DNA from: Candidatus Poribacteria bacterium
GTDB taxonomy: Bacteria; Poribacteria; WGA-4E; PCPOR2b
Length of the DNA: 64,000 bases
Assembly: GCA_965198175.1 (NCBI GenBank)
Contig: OZ240245.1
Coordinates: 3,904,001-3,968,000, forward strand
Reading direction: 5' to 3'
Shown: in pieces, positions 10,458-21,790 of the stretch
Numbering within the stretch: the first letter of the stretch is position 1
How the letters are laid out: the number at the start of each line of letters is the position of its first letter
Notes under the pieces: model-generated
Database searches by the model: none
The model's input: only the letters and a program-made list of their open reading frames with translations
What the model was told of the DNA's origin: nothing
Program-made: the position numbers and the translations under genes

Positions 10458-10693
10458 ACTTCGCTGCCCACCGTGCCGCCAGTGTCTACTTCACCATGCA
10501 GGTTGTGGTCCGTTACTTGGGCTAAAAGGTCATCTAGCGCTAGACCGGGTGGTCTCACAGGAACGATGACCAACTTTGTCCCACGAAGCGATAGATCGAC
10601 GGGTGAATTGTGTTCGAGTCCAATCTGGTTCGCAAGCGGTTTGGGGATTCGCAGTGCTAAACTATTGCCCCATTTCTGCACACGGGTTTCCAT
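10451..10693 (-). CDS. mazE: MazE/AbrB antitoxin
   Basis: KWGNSLALRIPK; GGAGGAG ribosome-binding site; overlaps mazF. Confidence 0.95.
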   Translation of the reverse strand: METRVQKWGNSLALRIPKPLANQIGLEHNSPVDLSLRGTKLVIVPVRPPGLALDDLLAQVTDHNLHGEVDTGGTVGSEVW

Positions 10694-10709
10694 GTCTCTC
10701 CTCCTCCAA

Positions 10710-10753
10710 ATTGTAGATACAATGAGTATACATCAAAAACCGGAATTTGTCAA
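10710..10753 (-). promoter_or_regulatory. Sigma70 promoter of mazEF with probable autoregulatory palindrome
   Basis: TTGACA-17 bp-TATACT on the minus strand (10753..10725), followed by the near-palindrome TTGTATCTACAA. Confidence 0.75.
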
Positions 10754-10810
10754 GACCGATTTTGGGCTTAGTGTCCGGTGTGGCTGATGGAAATTGACGG
10801 CCAAAACGGC

Positions 10811-10863
10811 TGTGGGAGGGACATCCACCTCCCGATTATCGGGGCTAGGAAGCCCCTCCTACA
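10811..10863. repeat. REP-like double hairpin
   Basis: TGTGGGAGG..CCTCCCG...GGGGCT..AGCCCCTCCTACA with GTGG/CTAC ends. Confidence 0.6.
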
Positions 10864-10897
10864 GATGTTGTCCGGAAATTGGTAATTGGTCCATTGA

Positions 10898-11359
10898 TCA
10901 CACAGGTTTGGAGGAAAGGGCGAGCAGTTCTTGTAATTTCTGGGATCGGTAGGCGAAGATTTTGTCTATGTCCGGGGCGACGAATAACTTATGGACGAGC
11001 CAGCCGCCGAAGACTGCGTACTCAACCTCATCCTTGACCAGTGTGCCGCCGGGTACTGCAACGAAGGTGTGCTTGTGAATCCAGCGACGATAGGGGCCCC
11101 GGCGTTGTTCATCGACGAAGGAGTGCGGCGGGTTCCACGCGGTTATCTCGCTCTGCCAACGGATTGGAACACCGCGCAGTTTCAGGCGATAGTCGATTCG
11201 AGTTCCTACCTTCATCTCGATTGGAGGGGGTGTCAACACTCGGAAATGCAGCCACGGCGGTGTAATCTCAGCCAAGTTTTGGGCATCTGAAAAGAAGCTG
11301 AATAGTTCGTCCTGCGGCTTCTGGATTTTCTGATCGGTTTTTAGGTGGAAGGTTTTCAT
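10898..11359 (-). CDS. SRPBCC family protein
   Basis: FFSDAQNLAEITPPWLHF and FVDEQRRGPYRRWIHKH. Confidence 0.85.
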   Translation of the reverse strand: MKTFHLKTDQKIQKPQDELFSFFSDAQNLAEITPPWLHFRVLTPPPIEMKVGTRIDYRLKLRGVPIRWQSEITAWNPPHSFVDEQRRGPYRRWIHKHTFVAVPGGTLVKDEVEYAVFGGWLVHKLFVAPDIDKIFAYRSQKLQELLALSSKPV

Positions 11360-11506
11360 TTGTTTGCGTTAGCAGGAGGTTTCTAAAGCAAGACGATGTT
11401 TCTCACAAATGTGTATTTCTTCATAGCAAAGAATGAGCGCGTGCAAGAGTGAAAACACAGACAATCGACCAATCACATTTACTTGCAAACGAATGAAATT
11501 CGCACA

Positions 11507-14500
11507 TCAACTATGCTGTCCAAACTGATTCATGACGAGACTCACCCTTCGTATCGCATCAAAGATGTTAATAAAGTTCACGTCAATTCCACGGCCTTTC
11601 AAGTACGCGATGACTGGGGCATGTTGAGGTGCTAATCCATCGTCAACTGACACAAGTGCAAGTGGATGATGCAAAATGAATGCTCTCTTGAGTTCCTGTT
11701 CCATAAAAATAGGAATACCATCTTGATCGTGCCATTCAAGGCCGGGGCGGAGTTCCACCAGATTCTTCTCAACCAGATTAACAAGCGAGGACCAATAATT
11801 TTCCTGGAGGTCCATCTGATAATCTTTATCAAGGCAGAGACGTGTCACATCCAGTCCTAACCGCCAATCTAGAAACGGATGATAGGGCATGTTGGAGTAG
11901 TCGCGCATACAACCATTGCTATAACAGGACGAATCGCAATCTTGGCCGTGTGCAATCAGCCCCCTTGCAAAATCTCCACGGAGATCAATCATATCACTTA
12001 GGAACTTAATCAGTCGGAATGGCTCTCCTTTAGCATCATGTTCGCCCAGATGGCGACAGTATCCCGCACCATTCGCCAAGGTATCGGCGAGAAAAACTTG
12101 TTGTTTCTTAGTTTCGCCTTCCTCCACAGGTCGAATCTCAACTCGCAACTCGCCTGGCGAGATGTCAAGCTTACTCGCCGCAAATTGGCGAAACAGAAAA
12201 CCGAAGGAATATAGCGCAGCTCGCCAATACTCCTCTCGCTGATTAAGCCGAATACCTTCTGGGATTTCGTCAACTTCGATTAACAGAACGTCTGTCGTTC
12301 TGGCAGCATAAAGTGCAACCTCTTGCGTATTCTCAACCAAGTGACTTTCCTCGTTGAAGGTGTATGTGTCATTTCGTGCCGCCAATTCACGACAGACCTC
12401 AGCCGATACAAGTGCTTTGCTTTCTCGCTGCTTCCGTAGCGCGAACAACCGATCGTTGTTGGTATTAATTGAGAAGAGTCTTAATTTACGCTCCGTACCC
12501 CATCGAAAGTTAAGCTTCTTTTTTAGCTCTGCACGGGCGTCCGATGGAAGACGGGAATAGGTAGATCGCGCTGTCCAGTTGAAAGATTCGTAGGCATCGT
12601 CCGGTCTGAAATTCGTCAGAAAACCTTTCGGTTCAATCCCTTGAATTCGCTTGAACTCTCCGGACCCACAGATTCGGCAGTTATTTTCGCTCTCAATACT
12701 AGACTCGAATATTGCTTTGCAATTGGCACAAAATCCGATTGGGATTGATCGATTATCTGCAATGCCACGTTCAGATGCCAAAGATCCTTTCTCCGGTTTG
12801 TAAGAGACAATACCGATTGACGTGTGGATTTTCTTATCCTTAATGGTTTCTGACCCTGGAGCGAATTGGTTAATCGCAATCTCAATGTCACGATCGATGA
12901 CGCCTGATGTCGGAGGCCAATTGGTAATCCGTGGTTGTCGGTGATACAGCAGGCGAATACCGGTTGGAAATCCGTACATCGGCAAAATCCCTGATTCCGC
13001 AAGGGATTGGCTCAACTCACCATCTTCAAAAGGGTATGCTGCGACACAGGAATCGACTTCATTGACAAGTTTATCTATCGCCCAATCTATGAGTTCATCC
13101 ACTTTGTTAATAATGTCTGGTTCAGTCTGTGTGGCGAGCAATCGCCCAATCTGTTCAATCTTTTTGCTGTTATCCTGTATCCATCCCGCAATCGTTTCTC
13201 GGTTCATTTCCCAATCAGAGACCTTCCCAAATTCGCCGTGGACATTTTTTTCATCGGTGGTCGCCACATTTGAGGATTGCCGGAATGCGTTGTATAAGAC
13301 TTCCTTCGTCAATACACGTCTGATAATGTCCTGACTTCGCATATCCAGGTATGGCAAAGGAGTCGCAGCGTTTGTAATCTCGCCCGTGTGGTTAAAGTAG
13401 TGGTCATCGTGGGTTCGTAGACGGCAGAGCGTCAAGGCATACGCGAGGGGCTCACCTCGCCTTCCTGCTCGCCCAACACGCTGTTGATAGTTAAAACGCT
13501 GCGGCGGAACATTGCCCATCAACACTATGGAAAGTGCTCCAATATCAACCCCAACTTCCATCGTTGTCGTCACGCTAAGGAGATCGATCTCATTCGTTCG
13601 CCGATTTTCACCATCAAGGATAACCCCTTGGAACCACCGCTGACGGTTCGGACGCTCCTCCGAATCGGTTTGCGCTGTCAACTCTTCACTATGGAAACGA
13701 TAAGGTTGAATCCCCACGCTGTCCGGATCCGCTTGATAGGCGTAGTATCCCCCATAATTTTCCATCGCGTCCTCGTTTTTGTCAATTGCCTCCAATTCAC
13801 TAAGGCACTTCGTGTTTGTGCATATCCCGCCTGCTTTATATAAATGCTTACGCTTGCATGCGGTGCATCGGAAGATCGTGTCACCTTGAGAGCGGCGAAG
13901 GTTTAAATTTTCGACACGAATTAGGTAGCCCTTAAAGCTAATGGAGGCTTCGATCTGCTCGCGTACTGCTATCGTTAGTTCGTCTAAAGAACAGCCGATT
14001 CGGCCGGCAGAGCGCGCGAGGTAATCTTCGAGAAACTTTGGCATGCTCGATTGTTCCGCATAGGGACGGTAAATCTCGGTGTGTCTTCGCTCACCGAGGA
14101 TTCGGGTAACCGCTGCCATCATTTCATCGGAATTAGACTCCTCAATTTGCCACAAGGCGGAATCAATTTTAGGTTCACACCACGCGAGGCCAAGGCCTTC
14201 CAGTCCCATATCTCTCCGCGCAAACAAAATCCGTTCAGCAATTACTCTCTTAAATTCAGATTCTAGTTTTACTATAAGCAGTTCGTGGTGGCGTTCAAGC
14301 AACCTTGTTGGCCGTAACACTACAGGATTGGCCTTCCAATCGCAGAGAGTTTCCCAGCTATGCCCCTCGCCGGAAAATTCAACATTTTCACCATAACCAC
14401 CGGGATTCATGCCTAGAGTGATGAATTCATCAAAGCAAGCCTTCTGGAGTGCGGTGAAGGGATAGTTGCTCTCAACCGCAGCAAGTTGATTTTCTTGATC

Positions 14501-16945
14501 TGGCGTCAAAGTCTTTTTGTCATGGAAAGCGTCCTCAAGTGAATTGAGTAATTGTCGTCGATCTGGAAATTTTTCGCGCAAGTTACGAATTGCCTTTTGG
14601 GCAACGCGAAAATCGGCTCCTTCACTTTGAAATTCACGAAGGATTTTCAAATCTTTATCATCGCTTTGTTTTCTCATCGCGTCGATGGCAATGAGTCGAA
14701 TCATGTCCTGATGGTGCGACCACTGAATTCCAACAGCATATTTTGCAGCGTCCTGTCGACTATCCGAGAAGATTATCGTTTTTCTTTTGTCCTGAGATTC
14801 GATAGTTCCCTGCAAAGATTGGGTGAGAATCTGGATTACTTTTTGCAAGCCCGTTCCCATGTGATGAATCGGTGAATACACCTGCTCTTTGTTATTGACA
14901 AGGACGTTTTTTCTAGAATAATCCCATGCATCGCCGCAATTGGGGCAATACTTGGGTATTTCTGAACAAAACTCCTCAGGTTTATCGATTCTGTAATAGT
15001 ATCCGTTGTATGCAGATGAGTCTGGAATGAGTGTTCCATCTGACGGAGAAAATCGTCCCGGTGCCCAACCTCTTCCAATCTGGTTTTTCGTCCAATTCTG
15101 TTGCTCGGGTACCCGTTCATTTCTCTGCCAAAAGATAGCGTAAGTTTCGTAGTTCCGATCTCGGATTCCCTTTTCCGGTAATCCCCCCAACTCTTGATAG
15201 TCACCGTTGAGATACCATCCCGGAGAGACTTCCGAAATCGACTGCTTATAGCCGCCAAGAAATAGATCGCCACAGGTTGCACAGGTCAACAGATCTAGCA
15301 CTCTCGAACCGCATTCATCGCATAAAACTCGCCGATTAGCGAACAGTTTTCCGATAGACGATACACTGTTTGCCTTACCTCGGCAATTCAGATTGCTACA
15401 TGCCCACAATCCCTCAAAATTCTTGAAAAAATAGTGTACGCGAAGCGGTAACAAGGCTTGACTTGTCTTCTCATCTTTTTGTTCGATTAAGTAGCGAATG
15501 AGTCCACGGATAGTTGATTCGGAAAGTGGCAGTTGACTCACCTGGTTTCCAGCATTCGCCATCTCTCCAATTGTTGAAGCGTGCAATTTCCCGTCGTAAT
15601 TGCAGAGTTCCACCACAGCAGACTTGAGGAGTTCCTTCGAGATTTCGTCTAACGGTGCAGAATCCTCATCCCGATCATAGGCTTCAAATTGTGCCGCGTG
15701 TTTTAGACACTCCAAGAGTTCGGAACTTTGATCGGGTTGGGGATCGGAACGGATAATTTCGAATTCTCTACTCCGTCCGAAAAACTGGCGAAGGAACTTG
15801 CGTTCCTCGTCTCTTTTTCCACCCTCGCCTTCAAGTGACGCACTTGACGCAATGATTCGCAGTTTCCTTGAATCCGGGTTAAGCCCTAAACGATCGAACA
15901 GTGTCCGAAGCAGGTAAGCTACCTCTGTCCCTGCTGTTCCGCGGTATGAGTGCAGTTCATCAACAACAAGATGGAAAACACTGTCCTCTTTTTCTAGCCA
16001 CGCTTTAGTTGTTTCAAAGATAGGCTGTTCTAAGTCACGGATGAGCATGATATTGAGCATTGAATAGTTTGTGATTAGAATATCCGGCGGGTGACTCTGC
16101 ATGTCCCATCGAGACCACATCTCAGCCGTATCAACGTCGGTCGAAGGGAAGAAAAAACGCATCTCCTCGGAACCATAAACTTTCTCAGCCTGCCTACGTA
16201 CTTTATCCAGTTGCTCCCGGAGTTTTGTGAGTTTTTGCGAGTTTTCATGACCCGAAACTGGCGTTAAACCGGTATAGCGACCGAAGTAGAATCGATTCTC
16301 ACCACGGTGCAGATTAAGCCACCGACGTGCTTCAGGACTATCGCAAGCACGCCGAAGTCGCATGAGTTGATCTTCAACAAGCGCGTTTAGTGGATATAGA
16401 ATTAACGACCGGAGGGCAGGAGGCCGGCTTTCTCCTTGACGCTGTGGAACACGCTTGCCTATAAGGCGTTCACGACTTCGCCACCACGGATGGTCTGGAT
16501 TCCGGGTGCCGTAACGGTTCCAGTTTCGTGATTCCTTGATAAGATAGCTGAAGATTGGTAGCAAAAAGCACTCGGTTTTTCCAGATCCTGTGCCTGTTGT
16601 GACGACGACATCCTTTTTCTCAATCACCGACGCTTCAATTGCTTCCGCTTGGTGCTTATAAAGCCGGCGGTCTTTCGGCGCAAGTCCATAAGTGCCACCC
16701 TGCGCAAGAAAATCACCAACTTCGGGAGCGAATTGCAGTCGGTTGCATAACTGGGCTAGAGTTTTTCCAGACGAGGGATAAGGAAAAATTGGCTCAAATC
16801 GTGGGACTTGGAAAAGCAACCCACTTTCCCGCAGTAACCGGTCACGTTCTTCCTCAAGTTTCTCGCTATTGAATCCCAAGACTGTCTGGATGTAGCGAAT
16901 GTAGGAATCACAAAGCAGTTCATGGGTCTTGAACGGATCTAACAT
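11507..16945 (-). CDS. DEAD/DEAH helicase with C-terminal DUF1998, Druantia DruE-like
   Basis: [32 protein letters not shown], several CxxC pairs and DTLANGAGY...CDSSCY..CMRDYSN. About 1810 aa; TGATG coupling to the upstream gene. Confidence 0.9.
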   Translation of the reverse strand: MLDPFKTHELLCDSYIRYIQTVLGFNSEKLEEERDRLLRESGLLFQVPRFEPIFPYPSSGKTLAQLCNRLQFAPEVGDFLAQGGTYGLAPKDRRLYKHQAEAIEASVIEKKDVVVTTGTGSGKTECFLLPIFSYLIKESRNWNRYGTRNPDHPWWRSRERLIGKRVPQRQGESRPPALRSLILYPLNALVEDQLMRLRRACDSPEARRWLNLHRGENRFYFGRYTGLTPVSGHENSQKLTKLREQLDKVRRQAEKVYGSEEMRFFFPSTDVDTAEMWSRWDMQSHPPDILITNYSMLNIMLIRDLEQPIFETTKAWLEKEDSVFHLVVDELHSYRGTAGTEVAYLLRTLFDRLGLNPDSRKLRIIASSASLEGEGGKRDEERKFLRQFFGRSREFEIIRSDPQPDQSSELLECLKHAAQFEAYDRDEDSAPLDEISKELLKSAVVELCNYDGKLHASTIGEMANAGNQVSQLPLSESTIRGLIRYLIEQKDEKTSQALLPLRVHYFFKNFEGLWACSNLNCRGKANSVSSIGKLFANRRVLCDECGSRVLDLLTCATCGDLFLGGYKQSISEVSPGWYLNGDYQELGGLPEKGIRDRNYETYAIFWQRNERVPEQQNWTKNQIGRGWAPGRFSPSDGTLIPDSSAYNGYYYRIDKPEEFCSEIPKYCPNCGDAWDYSRKNVLVNNKEQVYSPIHHMGTGLQKVIQILTQSLQGTIESQDKRKTIIFSDSRQDAAKYAVGIQWSHHQDMIRLIAIDAMRKQSDDKDLKILREFQSEGADFRVAQKAIRNLREKFPDRRQLLNSLEDAFHDKKTLTPDQENQLAAVESNYPFTALQKACFDEFITLGMNPGGYGENVEFSGEGHSWETLCDWKANPVVLRPTRLLERHHELLIVKLESEFKRVIAERILFARRDMGLEGLGLAWCEPKIDSALWQIEESNSDEMMAAVTRILGERRHTEIYRPYAEQSSMPKFLEDYLARSAGRIGCSLDELTIAVREQIEASISFKGYLIRVENLNLRRSQGDTIFRCTACKRKHLYKAGGICTNTKCLSELEAIDKNEDAMENYGGYYAYQADPDSVGIQPYRFHSEELTAQTDSEERPNRQRWFQGVILDGENRRTNEIDLLSVTTTMEVGVDIGALSIVLMGNVPPQRFNYQQRVGRAGRRGEPLAYALTLCRLRTHDDHYFNHTGEITNAATPLPYLDMRSQDIIRRVLTKEVLYNAFRQSSNVATTDEKNVHGEFGKVSDWEMNRETIAGWIQDNSKKIEQIGRLLATQTEPDIINKVDELIDWAIDKLVNEVDSCVAAYPFEDGELSQSLAESGILPMYGFPTGIRLLYHRQPRITNWPPTSGVIDRDIEIAINQFAPGSETIKDKKIHTSIGIVSYKPEKGSLASERGIADNRSIPIGFCANCKAIFESSIESENNCRICGSGEFKRIQGIEPKGFLTNFRPDDAYESFNWTARSTYSRLPSDARAELKKKLNFRWGTERKLRLFSINTNNDRLFALRKQRESKALVSAEVCRELAARNDTYTFNEESHLVENTQEVALYAARTTDVLLIEVDEIPEGIRLNQREEYWRAALYSFGFLFRQFAASKLDISPGELRVEIRPVEEGETKKQQVFLADTLANGAGYCRHLGEHDAKGEPFRLIKFLSDMIDLRGDFARGLIAHGQDCDSSCYSNGCMRDYSNMPYHPFLDWRLGLDVTRLCLDKDYQMDLQENYWSSLVNLVEKNLVELRPGLEWHDQDGIPIFMEQELKRAFILHHPLALVSVDDGLAPQHAPVIAYLKGRGIDVNFINIFDAIRRVSLVMNQFGQHS

Positions 16946-17841
16946 CAAACCATCTCCCATCTTTGATAAAGTGATTTAGTCAATTGGTATGCAATGCCAA
17001 CTGGTGCGTCGGCATAGCATTTCATATCACCAGTCCACTTTGGTGGAGACCCTGAGCAGAGTGTTGCACACCGATCGATAATTAACGGTACAAGCAACTG
17101 GCTCTTTACGCGCCAAGTTTGAGATTTTCTTTCATAAGAAATCAGTCCTGCAGTTTTACCGACGGTAGAGAGAAAAAGCCATTCTCCCCAGTCGCGAGGG
17201 ACTCTCCGTTGGTCGGAACCAGATTTTAAGACATAGACATGGGGACCATATTTAGGGATTTCGTAAAGCCCATCATCACCTTTAAAGCCGTTTTCCTTCT
17301 CGTATTTCAAAGTCTTGATATTGAACTTGTTCAGTGCATTGGAAAACAAAGTTTCGATCTGCGGAAAATTGGTGCGTTTTGGAATCGGTAATGCGCTCGA
17401 CAACTTGGCAGAAAATGCTCGACTAACACTAATGCCTAATTTTTCAATTTCTGTGAAAGAAGCCTCTGTCAATTCGGTCAACACGATGGTGGTTGGAGCA
17501 TACTGCTCTGGAATCAAACGTAATTTTCCTCGTGATCGGGAAATACACCGTTTGACTTCGTCGAGAAAATTCGGAGTTCGACTTCCGATAAGAACATATC
17601 GATTTTCCACCGCTGTTTCAACTAAAACCGGAGGCGCGATTACAACTTTGTTCAGGGTCATTGGGTCGTAATCAATGTGCCCAATTTGTGCTAGCGACGT
17701 GAGATACGTCGAATGTTTATATTCAGGGTTATCTCGGCTGAGATTTTTGACTGCATCCTTGAACTTCTCCCAACGCAGTTCGCCAACGTGTGATAAGTAG
17801 TAAAGAAGTCTATCAAACACGTCTGATTCCGTTTGGTTCAT
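16945..17841 (-). CDS. Hypothetical protein, Druantia accessory (DruD-like position and size)
   Basis: 298 aa, translationally coupled to both neighbours; [15 protein letters not shown] motif. Confidence 0.65.
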   Translation of the reverse strand: MNQTESDVFDRLLYYLSHVGELRWEKFKDAVKNLSRDNPEYKHSTYLTSLAQIGHIDYDPMTLNKVVIAPPVLVETAVENRYVLIGSRTPNFLDEVKRCISRSRGKLRLIPEQYAPTTIVLTELTEASFTEIEKLGISVSRAFSAKLSSALPIPKRTNFPQIETLFSNALNKFNIKTLKYEKENGFKGDDGLYEIPKYGPHVYVLKSGSDQRRVPRDWGEWLFLSTVGKTAGLISYERKSQTWRVKSQLLVPLIIDRCATLCSGSPPKWTGDMKCYADAPVGIAYQLTKSLYQRWEMV

Positions 17842-19745
17842 TCACCTTCCTCCGTCGCCTGCAATAATCCATCTCGGAAATGCGATGATTCACTGCTTTC
17901 CTGATTCATCAGCTTTTGCACGGTCTCAATCAATTCATGGCGGTACGAAATCCAAGGTAAAAGACGTAACGTTAACGCCCAATCAAGAGCTCGGGACGAT
18001 GCCAAAATACCATTCGAAAGTTGAACATACCGTTGAATGTCACGTAGAAGTTGTAGCGGAATTTGCGTACCTGTGTTTTCAATCGCTTCTTGCAGCTGAT
18101 TCAGAAATTCAAGCTGACTGACATCAAGATTCGGACGGCACCAAGATTCCCATTCACAACGCGTGACAATAAAGCCTGTCGGTTTCAAGTTTTGCGCCTC
18201 AATCGGCTCCGGACCTTGTGGTTTGGGCAGGCGTGCTACCCGCACATAAACATCCTGATTCGTCTCACACCGATTCGTTCCTGAATAGCGGGTGAGAAAA
18301 ACTCTGATGCCACCGTCGGAAAAATCACCAACCCAGTCTAAAAATCTTGGCAGGTAACTTTCCGGGAATGACCTATCACAATCACTGAAGCGAATTGCCC
18401 ACGGCATGTTGCCCATTTCAAACATTTTCCTAATTGAGATGTCGAGATCCATTGTCCTCAATTGTTCCCCAAAACACTCTTGAGAAAAAAGTCCAGGAAA
18501 CCAATCCTGTAACCCAAGCCACCCCATTTCCACATCAATTTTCGTGAGGTGCAGGTGGTTATCACACATCAGTCGCCAAACGTTGATTATTCGTGTGTCG
18601 GCAACCTCAAGCGCAGGAAAGGCTTTCAGGGCAACGTGGATGACTGCTGCCGTTTCATCGGAATCCGTTACACCAAACCTTCGTAGGCTAAACTTGAAAT
18701 CCTCAAGATAATCATTTTCATCTTGGTAATGCTCCCTTTCCTCTTCTAACTCGGCAGCATAATATTCCGCAATGCGCGCAGTTTGGTGGGCGATTCGTGG
18801 CGCATCGGTCGTTTGATGTTGTTCTTCCCGTTCCATTTTTATTTCAGCGATTTTTCTGTCCAACCCATCAAGCTGGGCACCAATCGATTGGACGCTTGCT
18901 TGGATTCGCTGATCCAGCTGTACAATTTCCTGTTTCATACTATTGACAAATTCGACATTTGTCAGTTTAACTTCAAGCGACTTCACTGATTCCTCGACGC
19001 TAGAAAACCGCGTATTGACTGATTGCTTCAATTGACCAGCTCTGTCATTAAAGCTTGATTTTGTTTCCGAAAGTTGAGTCTCGAAAGACTTGATTGCTTC
19101 TGCAATTTGTCGATCGGGCGTCTGCACCGCTGCAGAAAGCTGTGACTTGAGCAAGTCAATAGCCTCAGATAGCTGACGGACCTGATTAGGAAGTGCTGCC
19201 AGCCGTTGCTGGCCCTCGATCTCTGCCTTGGGGAGTGCTTTTTCGATGAGGGTTTCAATCTCATCTGAAGGAAGAAAGTAACCATACTCGTAGAAGCGTC
19301 GAATCGTCTCCCGATTGATCCGGTAGTTTTGGCTTGCTTCCAACATGATTTTGAAACACTCAATATCGAGTTGGCTATTGGGCGGTGCAATGCACTCCCG
19401 GTTTTCATCAAAATCCGATTCATTCCTAAACTCGAGTAGAAGTTTGTTCAATTCATGATGCGATTCAACCCATGCTGTCCATGCCGTTTTGAACATGTTC
19501 CAGATGGCAGAATTGCTTTTGGTAAGTTCTTGTTCCTTCTTCAACTCGCGAATCAACATTGGGACTGTCCGTGTTAGCGGTGCACGTCCTGGTCGGAATC
19601 CCTTCACCTTGCTTGGAAGGAGTTTTTCTTGTATAAATTGTTTGCCTGAAGGCTCTGTCACCTCTTCCAAGAACGCAATAAAATCCTCCTTACTCCGCTC
19701 TGTTAAATCTCTCCGTTTATCTTCGGGATACGGTTTCGCTTCCAT
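17838..19745 (-). CDS. Coiled-coil protein with degenerate AAA/McrB-like C-terminus, Druantia-like accessory
   Basis: Central heptad-rich region; VEMGWLG..DW and ALDWALTLRLLPWI; no Walker A seen. Start reassigned to MEAKPY after a purine-rich RBS. Confidence 0.6.
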   Translation of the reverse strand: MEAKPYPEDKRRDLTERSKEDFIAFLEEVTEPSGKQFIQEKLLPSKVKGFRPGRAPLTRTVPMLIRELKKEQELTKSNSAIWNMFKTAWTAWVESHHELNKLLLEFRNESDFDENRECIAPPNSQLDIECFKIMLEASQNYRINRETIRRFYEYGYFLPSDEIETLIEKALPKAEIEGQQRLAALPNQVRQLSEAIDLLKSQLSAAVQTPDRQIAEAIKSFETQLSETKSSFNDRAGQLKQSVNTRFSSVEESVKSLEVKLTNVEFVNSMKQEIVQLDQRIQASVQSIGAQLDGLDRKIAEIKMEREEQHQTTDAPRIAHQTARIAEYYAAELEEEREHYQDENDYLEDFKFSLRRFGVTDSDETAAVIHVALKAFPALEVADTRIINVWRLMCDNHLHLTKIDVEMGWLGLQDWFPGLFSQECFGEQLRTMDLDISIRKMFEMGNMPWAIRFSDCDRSFPESYLPRFLDWVGDFSDGGIRVFLTRYSGTNRCETNQDVYVRVARLPKPQGPEPIEAQNLKPTGFIVTRCEWESWCRPNLDVSQLEFLNQLQEAIENTGTQIPLQLLRDIQRYVQLSNGILASSRALDWALTLRLLPWISYRHELIETVQKLMNQESSESSHFRDGLLQATEEGE

Positions 19746-21732
19746 GGCTATTTCCCCCTTCCTTGCGGAGATTCGCATAAGACAGAGCCGTTTCGTGGTA
19801 GTGCCCCAACTTTTTTTGAACAAGGGATCGCAAGGCAACATTCCTATCTAGGTATTCGATTGCCTTTCCCAACCAATCCGGCACCGACGCCTTGTCCTGC
19901 TTGAGTTCTATTGCGGTTTTCACAACCAATGAGATGAGTTCAGCAGGGGATTTGAGCAATGAATCAGTGTCTTCTTCGCGAGATTGCGGTTCAGTTCGGA
20001 CATCGCCCCATGTGACTTCAGGAATGTCCTTCCCGAAGAATTTCGCGCCCGATAACCACACGCCCGGTTCTGACGAAATCTCTGTGACCTCACAATCTTT
20101 GAAAATCGGTGTTTTCTTGGTATGGCGATCGAATTTGATGATTGAAGTTTGTTTTTCGTGTTCAGTAGAACGGATTGGAGAAACAACGCGTAGTGTGGTT
20201 CGACAATCAAGGTATGAAAGGCCATACATACCCGGATCCAAGCCGTCCGGGAATTCAATCTTACGATTTGAAGGAACCCGCAATAGTTGATCGTTGATGT
20301 AAAAAGATTCATCGGTTAAGTCAACGAGACTAGGAACAACAACCATAGGAAGACAAATGTCAAGATAGGAATTACTTCTCCGATCTGCGGGTAATCCACC
20401 AACAAGGCGGATCTGATCAGAAGTCGTTACATGATAACCCATGAGCGACGACTGAGATAAGGCAGTTGGCTTTACGATGAGATATTGCCATCCTGTTTCA
20501 CCACCTGCGACACGAATTTTTACTGGCGAATTTCTCTCCTTACAAACTTTATCCAGGAATAGTTCAACGTCTCTTCTCCGTCCCTCTCGAAAGACAATTC
20601 GGTGTTCTTCGTGCAGCAGAAGATTTCCTTGGCTTAGCCAGCCATTATCACGAGCCAGATCTTGTCTAAATATCCAGATATCCGAGGACTTTAGTCGAAA
20701 AGTTAGAGGATTACTATTCGCAGATTTGAGTTCAAGGTTATTCCGCAAGCTCCAAAATGAGCGCCGATCGTCAGGCACAATAAAAGGTTGATACCATCGT
20801 TCATCGAGTGGCTTCAATCTTTCAACAAGGAGTGAGTTGGGTTCAAGAGGAATTGGGAAGGCATTCCGGCATCGAAACCAATATCTTACATGATCGACAT
20901 TCCCATAGAGGTCAAAGCACAGTTGGACATCTATTGCAACAGATCGACGTTTAGTTCTGGTGCGCAGGGGCGCGTCGGGTGGTTCACCATCCCAGTTTTT
21001 CAAAAGCGATTGGATTTGACGCAAAATCAAGCGAATTTCGGGCGTGCGTTGCTCAATAGGTCCTCTAATTTTCGCAGGGAACTTTCTTAATGATTTCCAT
21101 GTCTGGAGTTGGGCAAGTAATTGCGATTCGGCGAGGTGAGTTCCGGATTTGAGGTTAGACTCATGAAAGAAACGTTGAATGTTCAGCCTATCATGTTTGT
21201 TGATTAAACTTTGCGATATCGGAAACCAAACGTATCTGCGGGTTTGTGGCCCAATGGTCAAATGGAGTTCGACATCATGTTTATCTTCTGCCCATTCCTG
21301 GAGATGTTTCCAAAATGCTTCAAATTGATTACGATTAAAACCGTTTGGTTTACCTTTAATTGACACGCCGAATAATACATAGTTGAGACGAACATAGTAA
21401 TCTCTGGGAGAAATCGTATTATCGGATTCCATCTGCGATGCGGCGAGTACAGTTAAGGCGAGGAAAGCGACTTGAAGTGGCTCTTTATCTGGAGAGTGTA
21501 TCCGAAAATTCTTCGGATCGATGCTCCAGAAGTTTAATCGATTGCCGGCTTGAACGACTTTATCTCTGACGGATACTTTTAAGCTCTCGGCAGCATCTGC
21601 CACGTTGAAACCGGACATTTTTGCGATTTCACCCAGAGTTTCCGCATTTGTTTGTAAGAAGACAACTTCACCGGGATCACGATCTTCAAATATATAGGAG
21701 ATGATAGCTCGGTTCCATTGTTCGTAGTTCAT
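19717..21732 (-). CDS. Hypothetical protein, Druantia-like accessory
   Basis: About 670 aa beginning MNYEQWNRAI; YVWFPISQSL motif; overlaps the downstream gene. Alternative GTG start at 21789. Confidence 0.6.
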   Translation of the reverse strand: MNYEQWNRAIISYIFEDRDPGEVVFLQTNAETLGEIAKMSGFNVADAAESLKVSVRDKVVQAGNRLNFWSIDPKNFRIHSPDKEPLQVAFLALTVLAASQMESDNTISPRDYYVRLNYVLFGVSIKGKPNGFNRNQFEAFWKHLQEWAEDKHDVELHLTIGPQTRRYVWFPISQSLINKHDRLNIQRFFHESNLKSGTHLAESQLLAQLQTWKSLRKFPAKIRGPIEQRTPEIRLILRQIQSLLKNWDGEPPDAPLRTRTKRRSVAIDVQLCFDLYGNVDHVRYWFRCRNAFPIPLEPNSLLVERLKPLDERWYQPFIVPDDRRSFWSLRNNLELKSANSNPLTFRLKSSDIWIFRQDLARDNGWLSQGNLLLHEEHRIVFREGRRRDVELFLDKVCKERNSPVKIRVAGGETGWQYLIVKPTALSQSSLMGYHVTTSDQIRLVGGLPADRRSNSYLDICLPMVVVPSLVDLTDESFYINDQLLRVPSNRKIEFPDGLDPGMYGLSYLDCRTTLRVVSPIRSTEHEKQTSIIKFDRHTKKTPIFKDCEVTEISSEPGVWLSGAKFFGKDIPEVTWGDVRTEPQSREEDTDSLLKSPAELISLVVKTAIELKQDKASVPDWLGKAIEYLDRNVALRSLVQKKLGHYHETALSYANLRKEGGNSHGSETVSRR

Positions 21733-21790
21733 GACAGTCAGCAAATTCGTACAACGGGAGAACGTCTCCAGTGACAGGGACTGGTGCACC

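Noticed and set aside
2352..16945. DISARM or BREX system
   Set aside because: DUF1998 is fused to the helicase as in DruE. No separate drmB, PLD drmC, SNF2 drmD, pglZ or brxC was found, and the methyltransferase is 5.5 kb away.
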